Assembly (NCBI GenBank): GCA_964372345.1
Contig: CAYJQR010000001.1
Coordinates: 36,825-100,824, forward strand
Reading direction: 5' to 3'
Length of the DNA stretch: 64,000 nucleotides
Source: an uncultured Planctomycetia bacterium
GTDB taxonomy: Bacteria; Omnitrophota; Gorgyraeia; JACOVV01
The position numbers and the translations under genes were made by a program. A model generated the notes under the pieces. It saw only the letters and a program-made list of their open reading frames with translations. It was not told the origin of the DNA and did not search any database. This document shows positions 31,188 through 39,816 of this stretch, piece after piece. Every line of letters starts with the position of its first letter. The first letter of the stretch is position 1.

Positions 31188-31248
31188 CGCCTCAGCCAAA
31201 GGCTGATCAGCCTCTTCAGCCAAAGGCTGATCAGCCTCTGGCTGAGGC
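31188..31248. repeat. GGCTGATCAGCC-type palindromic/tandem element, copy C2, intergenic.
   Basis: Sequence is gcctcagccaaaggctgatcagcctcttcagccaaaggctgatcagcctctggctgaggc. The unit is duplicated inside terminal inverted repeats. It is related to the element inside lnt at 16290-16345. Confidence 0.8.
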
Positions 31249-31272
31249 ATGATGCTACGGGGAGGATTCATT

Positions 31273-31995
31273 ATGGTTCAAGCGATTGTTCCAGCGGCCG
31301 GAAAAGGAGAGCGGCTCGGAGCTAATGTCGAAAAGCCGTATGTTTTACTGGCGGGGATACCGCTGATTGTCCACACGCTGAAGGGGCTGGAGTCGGTCAA
31401 GGAGATTGATTCGATTGTTCTCGTCGTCAGCCGTGAGTGGCTCCGGAGAGTCCGCGAAGAAATCCTGGAGCGTTATCGTCTGAAACGAATCGCGGCGGTG
31501 GTTGAGGGAGGAGCTACCCGCATGGAATCGGTCTACGCGGGGTTGTCTTCTTTGAATCAAAAAACTCGATGGGCGCTTGTCCATGACGCGGCAAGGCCGT
31601 TGGTCAGGAAGGATGAAGTTTCAAAACTCATCCAGTCGGCGTGGCGAACCGGGGCGGTTTGTCCCGGCGTCACGCCTAAGGATACGACAAAGAGAGTGAG
31701 TGAAAAGGGCTGGGTTAAAGAAACCTTGGATCGGCGCCGGCTCCGCGCCGTTCTGACTCCGCAGGTGTTCCGCAGAGATATTCTGGTGAAGGCGTATGAA
31801 CTGGCGTTTGCCAAAGGATACAGCGGCACGGATGACGCCTCATTAGTCGAGCGGATGGGGGTTAAGGTTAAGGTTGTTGAAGGAGATCTGGAAAATATTA
31901 AAATTACCACGCCGGAAGATTTATTGCTGGCGGAAGCAATTTTAAAGCGGAGAGATAAGGGCAGGGTTCAGCGTCCCCTGTCCCCTGTACCCTGA
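31273..31995 (+). CDS. ispD: 2-C-methyl-D-erythritol 4-phosphate cytidylyltransferase.
   Basis: AIVPAAGKGERLG is the IspD signature. About 240 aa. Confidence 0.9.
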   Translation: MVQAIVPAAGKGERLGANVEKPYVLLAGIPLIVHTLKGLESVKEIDSIVLVVSREWLRRVREEILERYRLKRIAAVVEGGATRMESVYAGLSSLNQKTRWALVHDAARPLVRKDEVSKLIQSAWRTGAVCPGVTPKDTTKRVSEKGWVKETLDRRRLRAVLTPQVFRRDILVKAYELAFAKGYSGTDDASLVERMGVKVKVVEGDLENIKITTPEDLLLAEAILKRRDKGRVQRPLSPVP

Positions 31996-32001
31996 AACGC
32001 G

Positions 32002-32490
32002 ATGTCCATCCGTATTGGCATTGGGTATGATATTCATCGTCTCAAAAAAGGCAAGGGTGTTCGTTTGGGCGGAGTGCTTATCCCCTGCGATCAGGAATTA
32101 ATCGGGCATTCCGACGCCGACGTCTTGATCCACGCCGTCTGCGACGCTCTTTTGGGGGCGGTCGGCGCGGGAGATATGGGAACGCATTTCCCCGATACAG
32201 AGGAGAAATTCGGAGGAAAAGAGAGCTCTTGGTTTTTGAAAGAGGTGGTTAAGAAGGTTCAAAAGAAGGGGTTTAAAATATCGCAGATTGATTCGGTCGT
32301 CATCGCGGAGAAGCCAAAACTTTCGGAGTGCCGTTCCCGGATACAAAAAAGAGTGGCCAGTTTGTTGAGAATTTCTATCGGGCAGGTGAGCGTTAAAGCG
32401 AAAACCAACGAGGGGCTCGATTCCATCGGCGGCAAGAAAGCGATCGCGGCGTGGGCTGTCTCGCTGGTAGAGAAAGTGAAAACAAAATGA
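32002..32490 (+). CDS. ispF: 2-C-methyl-D-erythritol 2,4-cyclodiphosphate synthase.
   Basis: [11 protein letters not shown]...[11 protein letters not shown] has the IspF Zn-binding D-H-H motifs. 162 aa. Confidence 0.9.
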   Translation: MSIRIGIGYDIHRLKKGKGVRLGGVLIPCDQELIGHSDADVLIHAVCDALLGAVGAGDMGTHFPDTEEKFGGKESSWFLKEVVKKVQKKGFKISQIDSVVIAEKPKLSECRSRIQKRVASLLRISIGQVSVKAKTNEGLDSIGGKKAIAAWAVSLVEKVKTK

Positions 32491-33203
32491 CTCTATTGGC
32501 GATTCTTCTTTTCATCGGTTGTTTAGCGGCTTTGGCGCATTATTTCAGACCGGAGATTGACGCCTGCTTTGAACGGGACCCGGCGGCGGCCAATACGATA
32601 GAAGTCCTCTTAAGCTATTCCGGTCTCCACGCCTTGATAGGGCACCGCCTGGCTCATTGTCTGTATCAATGGAAAATTCCCATTCTGCCGCGGCTCATTT
32701 CCCAGTGGACCCGGTTTTTCACCGGGATAGAGATCCATCCCGGCGCCGTCATCGGGGAAGGGTGCTTTATTGATCATGGAATGGGAGTTGTCATTGGCGA
32801 AACGGCCGTCCTCGGCAAGAATGTCACCTTGTATCAGGGAGTCACGCTGGGAGGGACCGGGAAGGAAAAAGGGAAACGCCACCCGACGCTGGGGGACAAT
32901 GTTCTGGTCGGGGCCGGAGCAAAGGTGTTAGGCAGCATTCGTATCGGCAATAACGGGGTGGTCGGCGCCAACGCGGTGGTGATTCGGGATATCCCCGCTA
33001 ACTCGACCGTCGTCGGGGTTCCGGGAAGAGTCACCCAGCGCCATGGGAGACGATTCCCGGGAATCAATCTGGACCACACCACGCTTCCGGACCCTCTTGC
33101 CCAGTCTTTGGAACAGCTCCAGCACCATATTGATCATCTCGAGGAAGAACTGGAAAGATGGCGTCAGAAGGCAGGGGAGGGGAAGGAATTAGAGGAAGAG
33201 TAA
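32487..33203 (+). CDS. cysE: Serine O-acetyltransferase.
   Basis: Has a left-handed beta-helix of hexapeptide repeats with the CysE signature [21 protein letters not shown]. The start was set to ATG 32487 (ATGA overlap with the ispF stop). Confidence 0.75.
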   Translation: MTLLAILLFIGCLAALAHYFRPEIDACFERDPAAANTIEVLLSYSGLHALIGHRLAHCLYQWKIPILPRLISQWTRFFTGIEIHPGAVIGEGCFIDHGMGVVIGETAVLGKNVTLYQGVTLGGTGKEKGKRHPTLGDNVLVGAGAKVLGSIRIGNNGVVGANAVVIRDIPANSTVVGVPGRVTQRHGRRFPGINLDHTTLPDPLAQSLEQLQHHIDHLEEELERWRQKAGEGKELEEE

Positions 33204-34784
33204 ATGGGACTTAAGATTTACAATACGCTTACCGGAGAGAAAGAAGAATTTAAACCACTCCATCCTCCTCATGTCCGCATGTATGTCTGCGGCCCCACCG
33301 TTTACGATGATCCTCATATCGGGCATATCCGCGGGGCGTTTGTTTTTGACGTCATCCGCAAATATCTACAATACCGCGGCCACTCCGTAAAGTTTATCCG
33401 CAATATTACCGACGTGGATGACAAGATTATTGAGAAAGCACGGCAAGAGAGTAGGGGCGGGGTAACCCCGCCCCTACAACAGGCATGCGAACAGGTTGCC
33501 TTAAGGTACACAAATGCTTATCACGAGGCGCTAGAAAAACTCGAGATTGCTCCACCGGATGAAGAGCCAAGGGCCACTCAGTACATTCCAAAAATGATCG
33601 AGATGATTCAACATCTGATTGAGAAGGGGATAGCTTACGCGGAGGAAGGGAGTGTTTATTTTTCGGTCAACAGTTTCAAGGAATACGGAAAATTGTCCCA
33701 TCAGAGTCCGGAACAATTGTTGAAAGGGTATCGGATGGAGCCGGAGGCCGATAAAAGGGACCCGCTCGATTTTGCCCTCTGGAAAAACGCGAAACCTGAA
33801 GAACCGCAATGGCCCAGCCCCTGGGGGCCGGGGCGTCCCGGCTGGCACATTGAGTGTTCGGTGATGAGCCAGCGCCAGTTTGGCGAAACTCTCGACATCC
33901 ATGGCGGCGGAGTGGATCTGGTTTTCCCTCATCATGAGAACGAAATCGCCCAATCCGAAGCTTGCTGGGAGAAACCGTTCGCCAACTACTGGCTCCACAA
34001 CGGACTCCTCACCATCGAGGGAGAAAAGATGTCGAAGTCGGTGGGGAATGTGGTGGGGGTAAAAGACATCTTAGAGAATCCAGATGAGCGATATATAGCA
34101 GACGATCTGAAGTTATTCTTTCTGCAAAGCCATTACCGCAGTCCTGTGGATTTTAGCTGGGAGAAGATGAAAGGCATAAAAAGCAGCCGTCTAAGTTTTG
34201 ACAGATTTTTTATCAAATGTGAAGGAATTAAGAAGAAGGAAAAAGATATTATCGAAATAAATGACCTAATGGTAAAGGAAGCAAGGAAAAATTTTAAAGA
34301 AGCCATGGACGACGATTTCAACACGCCTAAGGTCCTGGCTATTTTATTTGAGCTGCTCAAGAGAGGAAATATTTGTTTAGATAGAGGGGAAGATACTCAC
34401 CTTGTGCTTGGTATTGAGCATGAACTAAAAGAAATAGGTCGCATCTTAGGGCTTTTTAAATGGGAACACTTGAAACTTTATGCAAAAGCAATCGAACGCA
34501 CTAGTAATTTCGATTATCGAGAAAGAGACTCAGAAGATCCACTTTCTTTCACGGGGATAAAAACTAGGAATGTCGCGATTGAACTTTTGTTTATGGAATT
34601 GGAATCAGAGGAAGGAAACAAGGACAAAAGAAAAGAAATAATAGATGAAATTTTAGCCATTCGTGACAACGCGCGCCGTGAAAAGGATTTTAAAAAAGCA
34701 GATGAAATTAGAGTTAGACTCGAGCAAATGGGCACCATAATCGAAGATGGAAAAGAGGGGACAACGTGGAGGCCAAAGGAATGA
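33204..34784 (+). CDS. cysS: Cysteine--tRNA ligase, carrying an in-frame palindromic insertion.
   Basis: Has HIGH (PHIGHIRG), KMSKS and a Zn-binding Cys region. The product is 526 aa. Confidence 0.9.
   Translation: MGLKIYNTLTGEKEEFKPLHPPHVRMYVCGPTVYDDPHIGHIRGAFVFDVIRKYLQYRGHSVKFIRNITDVDDKIIEKARQESRGGVTPPLQQACEQVALRYTNAYHEALEKLEIAPPDEEPRATQYIPKMIEMIQHLIEKGIAYAEEGSVYFSVNSFKEYGKLSHQSPEQLLKGYRMEPEADKRDPLDFALWKNAKPEEPQWPSPWGPGRPGWHIECSVMSQRQFGETLDIHGGGVDLVFPHHENEIAQSEACWEKPFANYWLHNGLLTIEGEKMSKSVGNVVGVKDILENPDERYIADDLKLFFLQSHYRSPVDFSWEKMKGIKSSRLSFDRFFIKCEGIKKKEKDIIEINDLMVKEARKNFKEAMDDDFNTPKVLAILFELLKRGNICLDRGEDTHLVLGIEHELKEIGRILGLFKWEHLKLYAKAIERTSNFDYRERDSEDPLSFTGIKTRNVAIELLFMELESEEGNKDKRKEIIDEILAIRDNARREKDFKKADEIRVRLEQMGTIIEDGKEGTTWRPKE
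33451..33477. repeat. Perfect palindrome with 12-bp arms (gtaggggcgggg taa ccccgcccctac), inserted in frame in cysS.
   Basis: It encodes RGGVTPPL within a segment that has no counterpart in E. coli CysRS. Confidence 0.85.
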
Positions 34785-34796
34785 CCTTTACGTTGC

Positions 34797-34830
34797 ACCG
34801 TGTTCCAACGCTCTCTCTAGGAACACGGTG
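34797..34830 (+). terminator. Hairpin downstream of cysS. A possible terminator, though it lacks a U-tract.
   Basis: accgtgttcc, a 14-nt loop, then ggaacacggt: a 10-bp stem. Confidence 0.3.
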
Positions 34831-34999
34831 GTCGTATAAAAAGCATCCCATAGTGGGAAATCATGACGATATTAAGCGGTGCCTGAAGAATCTAGGGTAG
34901 TATAGGCTTGTTCTACTACCCCTGCTGGTGAAAGCGGTCATCTTACTTATTATGATCAGCGGGCATTTCATATATTACCGATAGTAAGAAGAAAATTAT

Positions 35000-35028
35000 T
35001 TGACTTACTATTTGTGATATGGTATACT
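35000..35028 (+). promoter_or_regulatory. Near-consensus sigma70 promoter for vapBC.
   Basis: TTGACT (35000-35005), a 17-nt spacer and TATACT (35023-35028). An RBS gaggagga follows, with the ATG at 35055. Confidence 0.65.
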
Positions 35029-35054
35029 TTTCATATAAGAGAGGAGGATGTAAG

Positions 35055-35285
35055 ATGGACACTTCAGTGGTTACATCCAAAGGGCAAATTGTGATCCCAA
35101 GTAGGATCCGAGAGTATTTTCATATCCAACAGGGGACGATGGTTTGTTTTGAGCCTCGAGGCAGTGAGATCGTGTTGAAACCTCTCACTCCAGGATATTT
35201 TGACAAAATGGCAGGTATTCTTGGGACGAGCGGCAAAGTACTCAAGAGATTTCTGGATGAGAAGAAAAAGGAAAGAAGGCAATGA
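35055..35285 (+). CDS. vapB: VapB/MazE-type antitoxin (AbrB/SpoVT swapped-hairpin fold).
   Basis: MDTSVVTSKGQIVIPSRIRE is a typical AbrB/MazE N-terminus. The 4-nt overlap with the PIN gene is the usual TA arrangement. Confidence 0.75.
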   Translation: MDTSVVTSKGQIVIPSRIREYFHIQQGTMVCFEPRGSEIVLKPLTPGYFDKMAGILGTSGKVLKRFLDEKKKERRQ

Positions 35286-35689
35286 GTGGTTTGGTTCTGG
35301 ATGCCTATAGTGTTATTGCATATCTGGAGCGAGAATTCGCATATGAGAAGGTAAAGGTTCATTTAGAACAAGCAGTACAGAGTGGCCAGTATTTATTTTT
35401 ATGTACCGTAAACTGGGGAGAGGTTTATTACAGTGTCATGAAGGAAACAAATCACGCTAAGGCTGAAGAGGCTAGGCATGTTATTGCCACATTACCGATT
35501 GAATTAGTGCCGGCTGATCTGGGGTTGACTCATCAAGCGGCTCTGTATAAAGCAATCCACAAAATGTCCTACGCCGACTGTTTCGCTGCTGCTCTTGCCA
35601 AGATACGGAAAGCTACCCTCCTTACGGGTGACCGAGATTTTAAACAGCTCGATGGAGAAATCAAGGTAGAGTGGTTGCCAGAAAAATAA
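35282..35689 (+). CDS. vapC: PIN-domain VapC toxin.
   Basis: LVLDAYSVIAYL...; 135 aa with conserved acidic residues (D6, E, D, D). Translationally coupled to vapB. Confidence 0.75.
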   Translation: MSGLVLDAYSVIAYLEREFAYEKVKVHLEQAVQSGQYLFLCTVNWGEVYYSVMKETNHAKAEEARHVIATLPIELVPADLGLTHQAALYKAIHKMSYADCFAAALAKIRKATLLTGDRDFKQLDGEIKVEWLPEK

Positions 35690-35706
35690 TGTCTACTCAC
35701 TAAAAT

Positions 35707-36261
35707 TTAAGGTCGGTGTTGTAGACATCGGCTTGAAAGAGAATAGTTTTCTTGTATTTCTAGTGTAAGCGTCTGTGTTACATCTTCTTTTGACAGATAT
35801 CTTCCCTCTGACCAACCGACAACTTCCCCTATGACATTAAAATTTACTTTAAAGACTGTTATGGAAAGATGATCCGAGTGGGACGTGATACTAACCATTT
35901 CTCCTTCTTTAGGTTGGCCAGTGCCCCAGGAAGGTGAGTTGGGTGTGGTTCTTATTTGAGTGATATTTCCATTTATTTCATTAAGATCCGTAGGTGGACT
36001 ATTGATCAATTCTGGAGGTAAATTCATGCGATTCTCATTATTCACAACTTCATAGGCATTGGTAAAAATTGTTCGCGATGTAGTTACCCGAGTCCCCGAT
36101 TTATCGATGATCGTTTGTGTTTCTTGTATACCATCCCAATCGACCGTTACTACTTTATCTCCTGATGTGAGAGGCTTTAGACTATTTTTTAAAGGAGAGT
36201 ACCTTTTGAGAAAATTATCCCGATCCTGCTCATTTCGTAGGTCCGAAACATCAATGTTCAC
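35707..36261 (-). CDS. Hypothetical protein encoded in an AT-rich (foreign-looking) segment.
   Basis: A 184 aa ORF with no recognisable motifs. It is convergent with vapC and uses a GTG start. Confidence 0.35.
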   Translation of the reverse strand: MNIDVSDLRNEQDRDNFLKRYSPLKNSLKPLTSGDKVVTVDWDGIQETQTIIDKSGTRVTTSRTIFTNAYEVVNNENRMNLPPELINSPPTDLNEINGNITQIRTTPNSPSWGTGQPKEGEMVSITSHSDHLSITVFKVNFNVIGEVVGWSEGRYLSKEDVTQTLTLEIQENYSLSSRCLQHRP

Positions 36262-36452
36262 TTGAACGTGGGGTTCTTTCGCGGATGGCTTTGTTGTTTT
36301 ATTTGTAGGATTCGAGGTGAAATATTTTTAATTCTTTAATTTACAGAGTATTATGGTAAAAACTGCAAGCAACGAAACCCTTCATTGCACCCTCCTTTGG
36401 TTATGAGGGGGAGGAAGTGATACAATATGTGGAAAGGATGTGGAGGCGAGAG

Positions 36453-37082
36453 TTGATGTCCAAAGGTAAATTCATCACGTTCGAGGGCTCGGAAGGATGC
36501 GGGAAGTCTACGCAGATCAAACTGCTCTCTGAGGCGTTAATCAAGCAGGGGCGGGCCGTTTTGACGACCCGTGAGCCGGGCGGCACCGACGTCGGGGAGG
36601 AGATTCGTAAAATCCTGATGAATCCCGAACATGTCGAGCTGACCGACTTGACCGAAGTCTTTCTCTATGAGGCCGCGCGCGCCCAGCTCGTCAACGAAGT
36701 CATCATCCCGGCGCTCGATTCAGGACACATCATTCTCTGCGACCGGTTCAGCGAGTCCACCCTCGCTTATCAAGGATACGGCGGGAAAATCAGCGTGGAA
36801 TGGATCCAGAAAATAGACCAGATGGCCCGCGGGGGATTAAGTCCCGATCTAACCCTGTTCATTGACGTGGATCCCGAGGTAGGGTTGAAGCGGGCAAGAG
36901 CGAGCGAGAAAGAAATTGACCGCCTTGAGGAGAAGGATTTGGAGTATCACAAAAGAGTCTATCAGGGGTATTTGGAGTTAGCGAAAAAGAGTCCGGATCG
37001 AATCAAGATAGTGGATGGCAGGAAGGGCGTTCAAGAAGTGCATCAGGAAATATTGAAACTATGTCTTTCTCCAACATACTAG
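36453..37082 (+). CDS. tmk: Thymidylate kinase.
   Basis: FITFEGSEGCGKST P-loop, a DRF motif and an LID region. The start was set to ATG 36453. Confidence 0.9.
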   Translation: MMSKGKFITFEGSEGCGKSTQIKLLSEALIKQGRAVLTTREPGGTDVGEEIRKILMNPEHVELTDLTEVFLYEAARAQLVNEVIIPALDSGHIILCDRFSESTLAYQGYGGKISVEWIQKIDQMARGGLSPDLTLFIDVDPEVGLKRARASEKEIDRLEEKDLEYHKRVYQGYLELAKKSPDRIKIVDGRKGVQEVHQEILKLCLSPTY

Positions 37083-38059
37083 GCCAACAAACGGCGGTTT
37101 GGCTTTTTAAGAGAGCTCTCCGGGAGGAAAAGCTAGCCCACGCTTATCTTTTGACCGGGCCCGACGGCGTCGGTAAGAGAACTCTCGCTCAAGAGGCTGC
37201 GAAGGGACTGAACTGCCGGCTGGTTCATACCCAACTCGAGACTCGAGACTCGAGACTCGAGACTGAAGAAAATTGGCCCTGCGATTCCTGTCGCGAGTGC
37301 CGGCTGATCGAATCGGGACAGTACGCGGACGTCACTTTATTGACTCCTGAAAATAAAACTCTTAAGATCGAAGCCATTCGCCGCCTCCAACAGGCGGTGG
37401 CGCTGAAACCGTACGAAAGCCGTTTCCGTGTCGCGATTATTCAGGATGTGGACCAATTAACCCCCGACGCCGCCAACGCTTTCCTAAAAACGCTGGAAGA
37501 ACCGCCGCAGGGCGTTTTCTTTTTTCTAACGACCCAATACCGGGAGAGAGTTTTCGCGACGATTCAATCCCGTTGCCAGGTTGTCTCTCTGAAAGCCATT
37601 TCTAAAGAGATATTGGAGCGGAAGATGATCCCTCGTTCGGTGATTTCCTTGGCCCAGGGAAGTTTCGGCAGGGCAGACTATTGGATGGATCCCGAAGTGG
37701 GAGAGAGAAGAAAAAAAATCTTATCGGCGTTTTTCTTAAACCATTCTCTCGACGATATCAACGAAAAGGTATCCAGCAAAGAGGAGGAACGCCTGCTGAT
37801 GGAGGAAAAACTCCTTCTTCTGCAGAGCGGGCTTCGGGATTTAATCGTCTGGAAGAAAACAAAAGACGAGGCATTGCTCATTCATCGGGATTACCGGGAG
37901 CAAATCAGTCATTTTGCCTCCCGATTTGAGATGGACACTCTAGAAGATAAAATTATTTCTTTGGAACAGTTGACTCAAGGATTAGACCGCAGCGCTAACC
38001 TAAAACTAACCCGGGCGGTTCTGGAACTTGAGCTGGCGGACCTGACAAAGGCAGAATGA
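37061..38059 (+). CDS. holB: DNA polymerase III delta-prime subunit, with an in-frame heptamer tract.
   Basis: HAYLLTGPDGVGKRTLA, a Zn module (CDSCRECRL) and an SRC motif. 332 aa. It follows tmk as in Bacillus. Confidence 0.85.
   Translation: MSFSNILGQQTAVWLFKRALREEKLAHAYLLTGPDGVGKRTLAQEAAKGLNCRLVHTQLETRDSRLETEENWPCDSCRECRLIESGQYADVTLLTPENKTLKIEAIRRLQQAVALKPYESRFRVAIIQDVDQLTPDAANAFLKTLEEPPQGVFFFLTTQYRERVFATIQSRCQVVSLKAISKEILERKMIPRSVISLAQGSFGRADYWMDPEVGERRKKILSAFFLNHSLDDINEKVSSKEEERLLMEEKLLLLQSGLRDLIVWKKTKDEALLIHRDYREQISHFASRFEMDTLEDKIISLEQLTQGLDRSANLKLTRAVLELELADLTKAE
37235..37266. repeat. (CTCGAGA)4 heptanucleotide tandem repeat inside holB.
   Basis: Sequence is ctcgagactcgagactcgagactcgagactga. 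It encodes LETRDSRLETE in frame. Confidence 0.9.
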
Positions 38060-39774
38060 ATCGATACTACGTTACCACTCCTCTTTATTACGTCAACGAC
38101 AAACCCCATATCGGCCACGCCTATACCGAGATTGCGGCGGACACAATCGCTCGTTACCGTCGGTTCAGAGGGGATGAAGTTTTCTTTTTGACCGGGACCG
38201 ATGAGCATGGACAAAAAATCGAGCAGGCGGCTAAAAAAGCGGGGATGCCGGCGAAGGATTTCGCGGATCAGGTGGCTCCGCGTTTTTCGGAAGTATGGAA
38301 ACTTCTGGGGATCAGCTACGATTATTTTTTAAGGACGACGGAGCCAAGACATATTCAAACAGTGCAGAAGGTATTATCGCTCCTTTTTGAAAAAGGAGAT
38401 ATCTACATTTCTGAATACGAAGGATGGTATTGTACTCCCTGCGAGACGTTCTGGACGGAGACGCAGCTTGAAGAACAGAAAATGGAAAATGGAAAATGCC
38501 CACCGGAGGCGGGTTCGCCTCTGGCGAAGAAAATGGAAACGCCTGTTTGCATTGACTGCAAAAGACCGATTGAAAAAATCACGGAGAGTAATTACTTCTT
38601 TCGGTTATCGAAATATCAAGAGTGGCTGATGGACTACATCAATAGCCACCCTAAGTTTATCCAACCGGCAACGCGGCGGGAAGAAATCTTGAGTTTTTTG
38701 AAACAGCCGTTGAATGATCTCTGCATCTCACGTCCCAAACAGAGACTTGCATGGGGAATTCCGATTCCGTTCAGTCAAGATCATGTCACGTATGTGTGGT
38801 TTGACGCATTGATTAATTATATTAGTGGAATCGATTATCTTGAATGGGCTAAGAGCTGGGAGCTAGGAGCTAGGAGTGAAAACTCGGATTCTACCTCGCC
38901 AGCTTCCAGCTTCCAACTTCTAGCTTCTAGCCGTTTTTCAAAATTCTGGCCGGCCGATATGCACTTAATCGGCAAAGACATCCTTCGCCCTCACGCCGTC
39001 TACTGGCCCATCATGCTGCGCGCTCTCGGAATAGAACCCCCTAAACAGGTTTTTGCTCACGGCTGGTGGACGATGCAAGAGGAAAAAATGTCGAAATCCA
39101 AAGGAAATATCGTTGATCCGGTGGACGTCTGCGCCCGCTATGGCGTGGACGTTTTTCGTTATTTCCTTCTAAGAGAGGTGACCTTTGGGCTGGATGGCGC
39201 TTACTCGGAGGGGGCGTTGACTTTGAGGTTTAACAGTGATTTAGCCAACGATCTTGGTAATTTGTTTCATCGAACCCTGACGATGGTGGAGAAATACTAT
39301 GGGGGGAAAGTACCCCAGGTAGAACAGAAGGACGAGGGACGAAGGACGAGGGACGAAAGGAAATATATCCCAGAAGACTTAATCGTTCTTCTTCGATCTC
39401 TTCCGGATCGTTTGGATCAAGCGATGGAGGATCTTGATTTCGCGCGCGCTCTTTCCGCCATCTGGGAGTGCGTCAACCGGGCCAATAAATTGATTGAAGA
39501 AGTGAAACCGTGGGTTTTAGACAGGGAAAACGACCGGGAAGGGTTAAATCAAGTCATCTATTTTTTGGTGGATCTATTACGGATCATTACTCTGGCGGTG
39601 GCCCCCTTCATGCCGCGCGCGGCGGAAAAGATGTGGAAACAATTGAACCTTCCCTCGAAGTTAGAAGCGATGGGTTTTGAGGATTTGGCTCCTGGAAAAA
39701 CCGTCGGCGGTTTCCATGTGAACAAGGAAGAACCGCTCTTTCCCCGATTAGACACTAAGAAAGGAGACCGTTAA
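38056..39774 (+). CDS. metG: Methionine--tRNA ligase, carrying three in-frame repeat insertions.
   Basis: Has HIGH (PHIGHAY), KMSKS and Zn-knuckle cysteines (CTPCE...CIDCKRP). The product is 572 aa. Confidence 0.9.
   Translation: MNRYYVTTPLYYVNDKPHIGHAYTEIAADTIARYRRFRGDEVFFLTGTDEHGQKIEQAAKKAGMPAKDFADQVAPRFSEVWKLLGISYDYFLRTTEPRHIQTVQKVLSLLFEKGDIYISEYEGWYCTPCETFWTETQLEEQKMENGKCPPEAGSPLAKKMETPVCIDCKRPIEKITESNYFFRLSKYQEWLMDYINSHPKFIQPATRREEILSFLKQPLNDLCISRPKQRLAWGIPIPFSQDHVTYVWFDALINYISGIDYLEWAKSWELGARSENSDSTSPASSFQLLASSRFSKFWPADMHLIGKDILRPHAVYWPIMLRALGIEPPKQVFAHGWWTMQEEKMSKSKGNIVDPVDVCARYGVDVFRYFLLREVTFGLDGAYSEGALTLRFNSDLANDLGNLFHRTLTMVEKYYGGKVPQVEQKDEGRRTRDERKYIPEDLIVLLRSLPDRLDQAMEDLDFARALSAIWECVNRANKLIEEVKPWVLDRENDREGLNQVIYFLVDLLRIITLAVAPFMPRAAEKMWKQLNLPSKLEAMGFEDLAPGKTVGGFHVNKEEPLFPRLDTKKGDR
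38472..38540. repeat. Composite miniature element in metG: AGAACAG, (AAAATGG)3, hairpin cccaccggaggcggg, hairpin ttcgcctctggcgaa, then GAAAATGGAAAC.
   Basis: It encodes ENGKCPPEAGSPLAKKME, inserted between the two CxxC pairs of the MetRS zinc knuckle. It is a sister of the lnt copy at 16269-16357. Confidence 0.8.
38848..38932. repeat. SWELGA-type palindromic element, copy B2, inserted in frame in metG.
   Basis: Sequence is gctaagagctgggagctaggagctaggag ... ccagcttccagcttccaacttctagcttctagcc. It encodes AKSWELGARSENSDSTSPASSFQLLASS. Confidence 0.8.
39321..39360. repeat. (GAAGGAC/GAGGGAC) heptamer tandem repeat with an AGAACAGAA left terminus, inside metG.
   Basis: Sequence is agaacagaaggacgagggacgaaggacgagggacgaaagg. 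It encodes KDEGRRTRDERK in frame. Confidence 0.85.
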
Positions 39775-39782
39775 AATTTCTC

Positions 39783-39810
39783 TTGACGACTCCAGAAATA
39801 TATGTAAAAT
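39783..39810 (+). promoter_or_regulatory. Sigma70-like promoter for the DUF4143 ATPase gene.
   Basis: TTGACG (39783-39788), a 16-nt spacer and TAAAAT (39805-39810), 6 nt before the ATG at 39817. Confidence 0.45.
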
Positions 39811-39816
39811 GGAAGT

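Noticed and set aside
35690-35727. 7-bp stem tgtctac...gtagaca between convergent vapC and the orphan gene, as a bidirectional terminator
   Set aside because: The 24-nt loop and absent U-tract make the prediction too weak to list as a feature.
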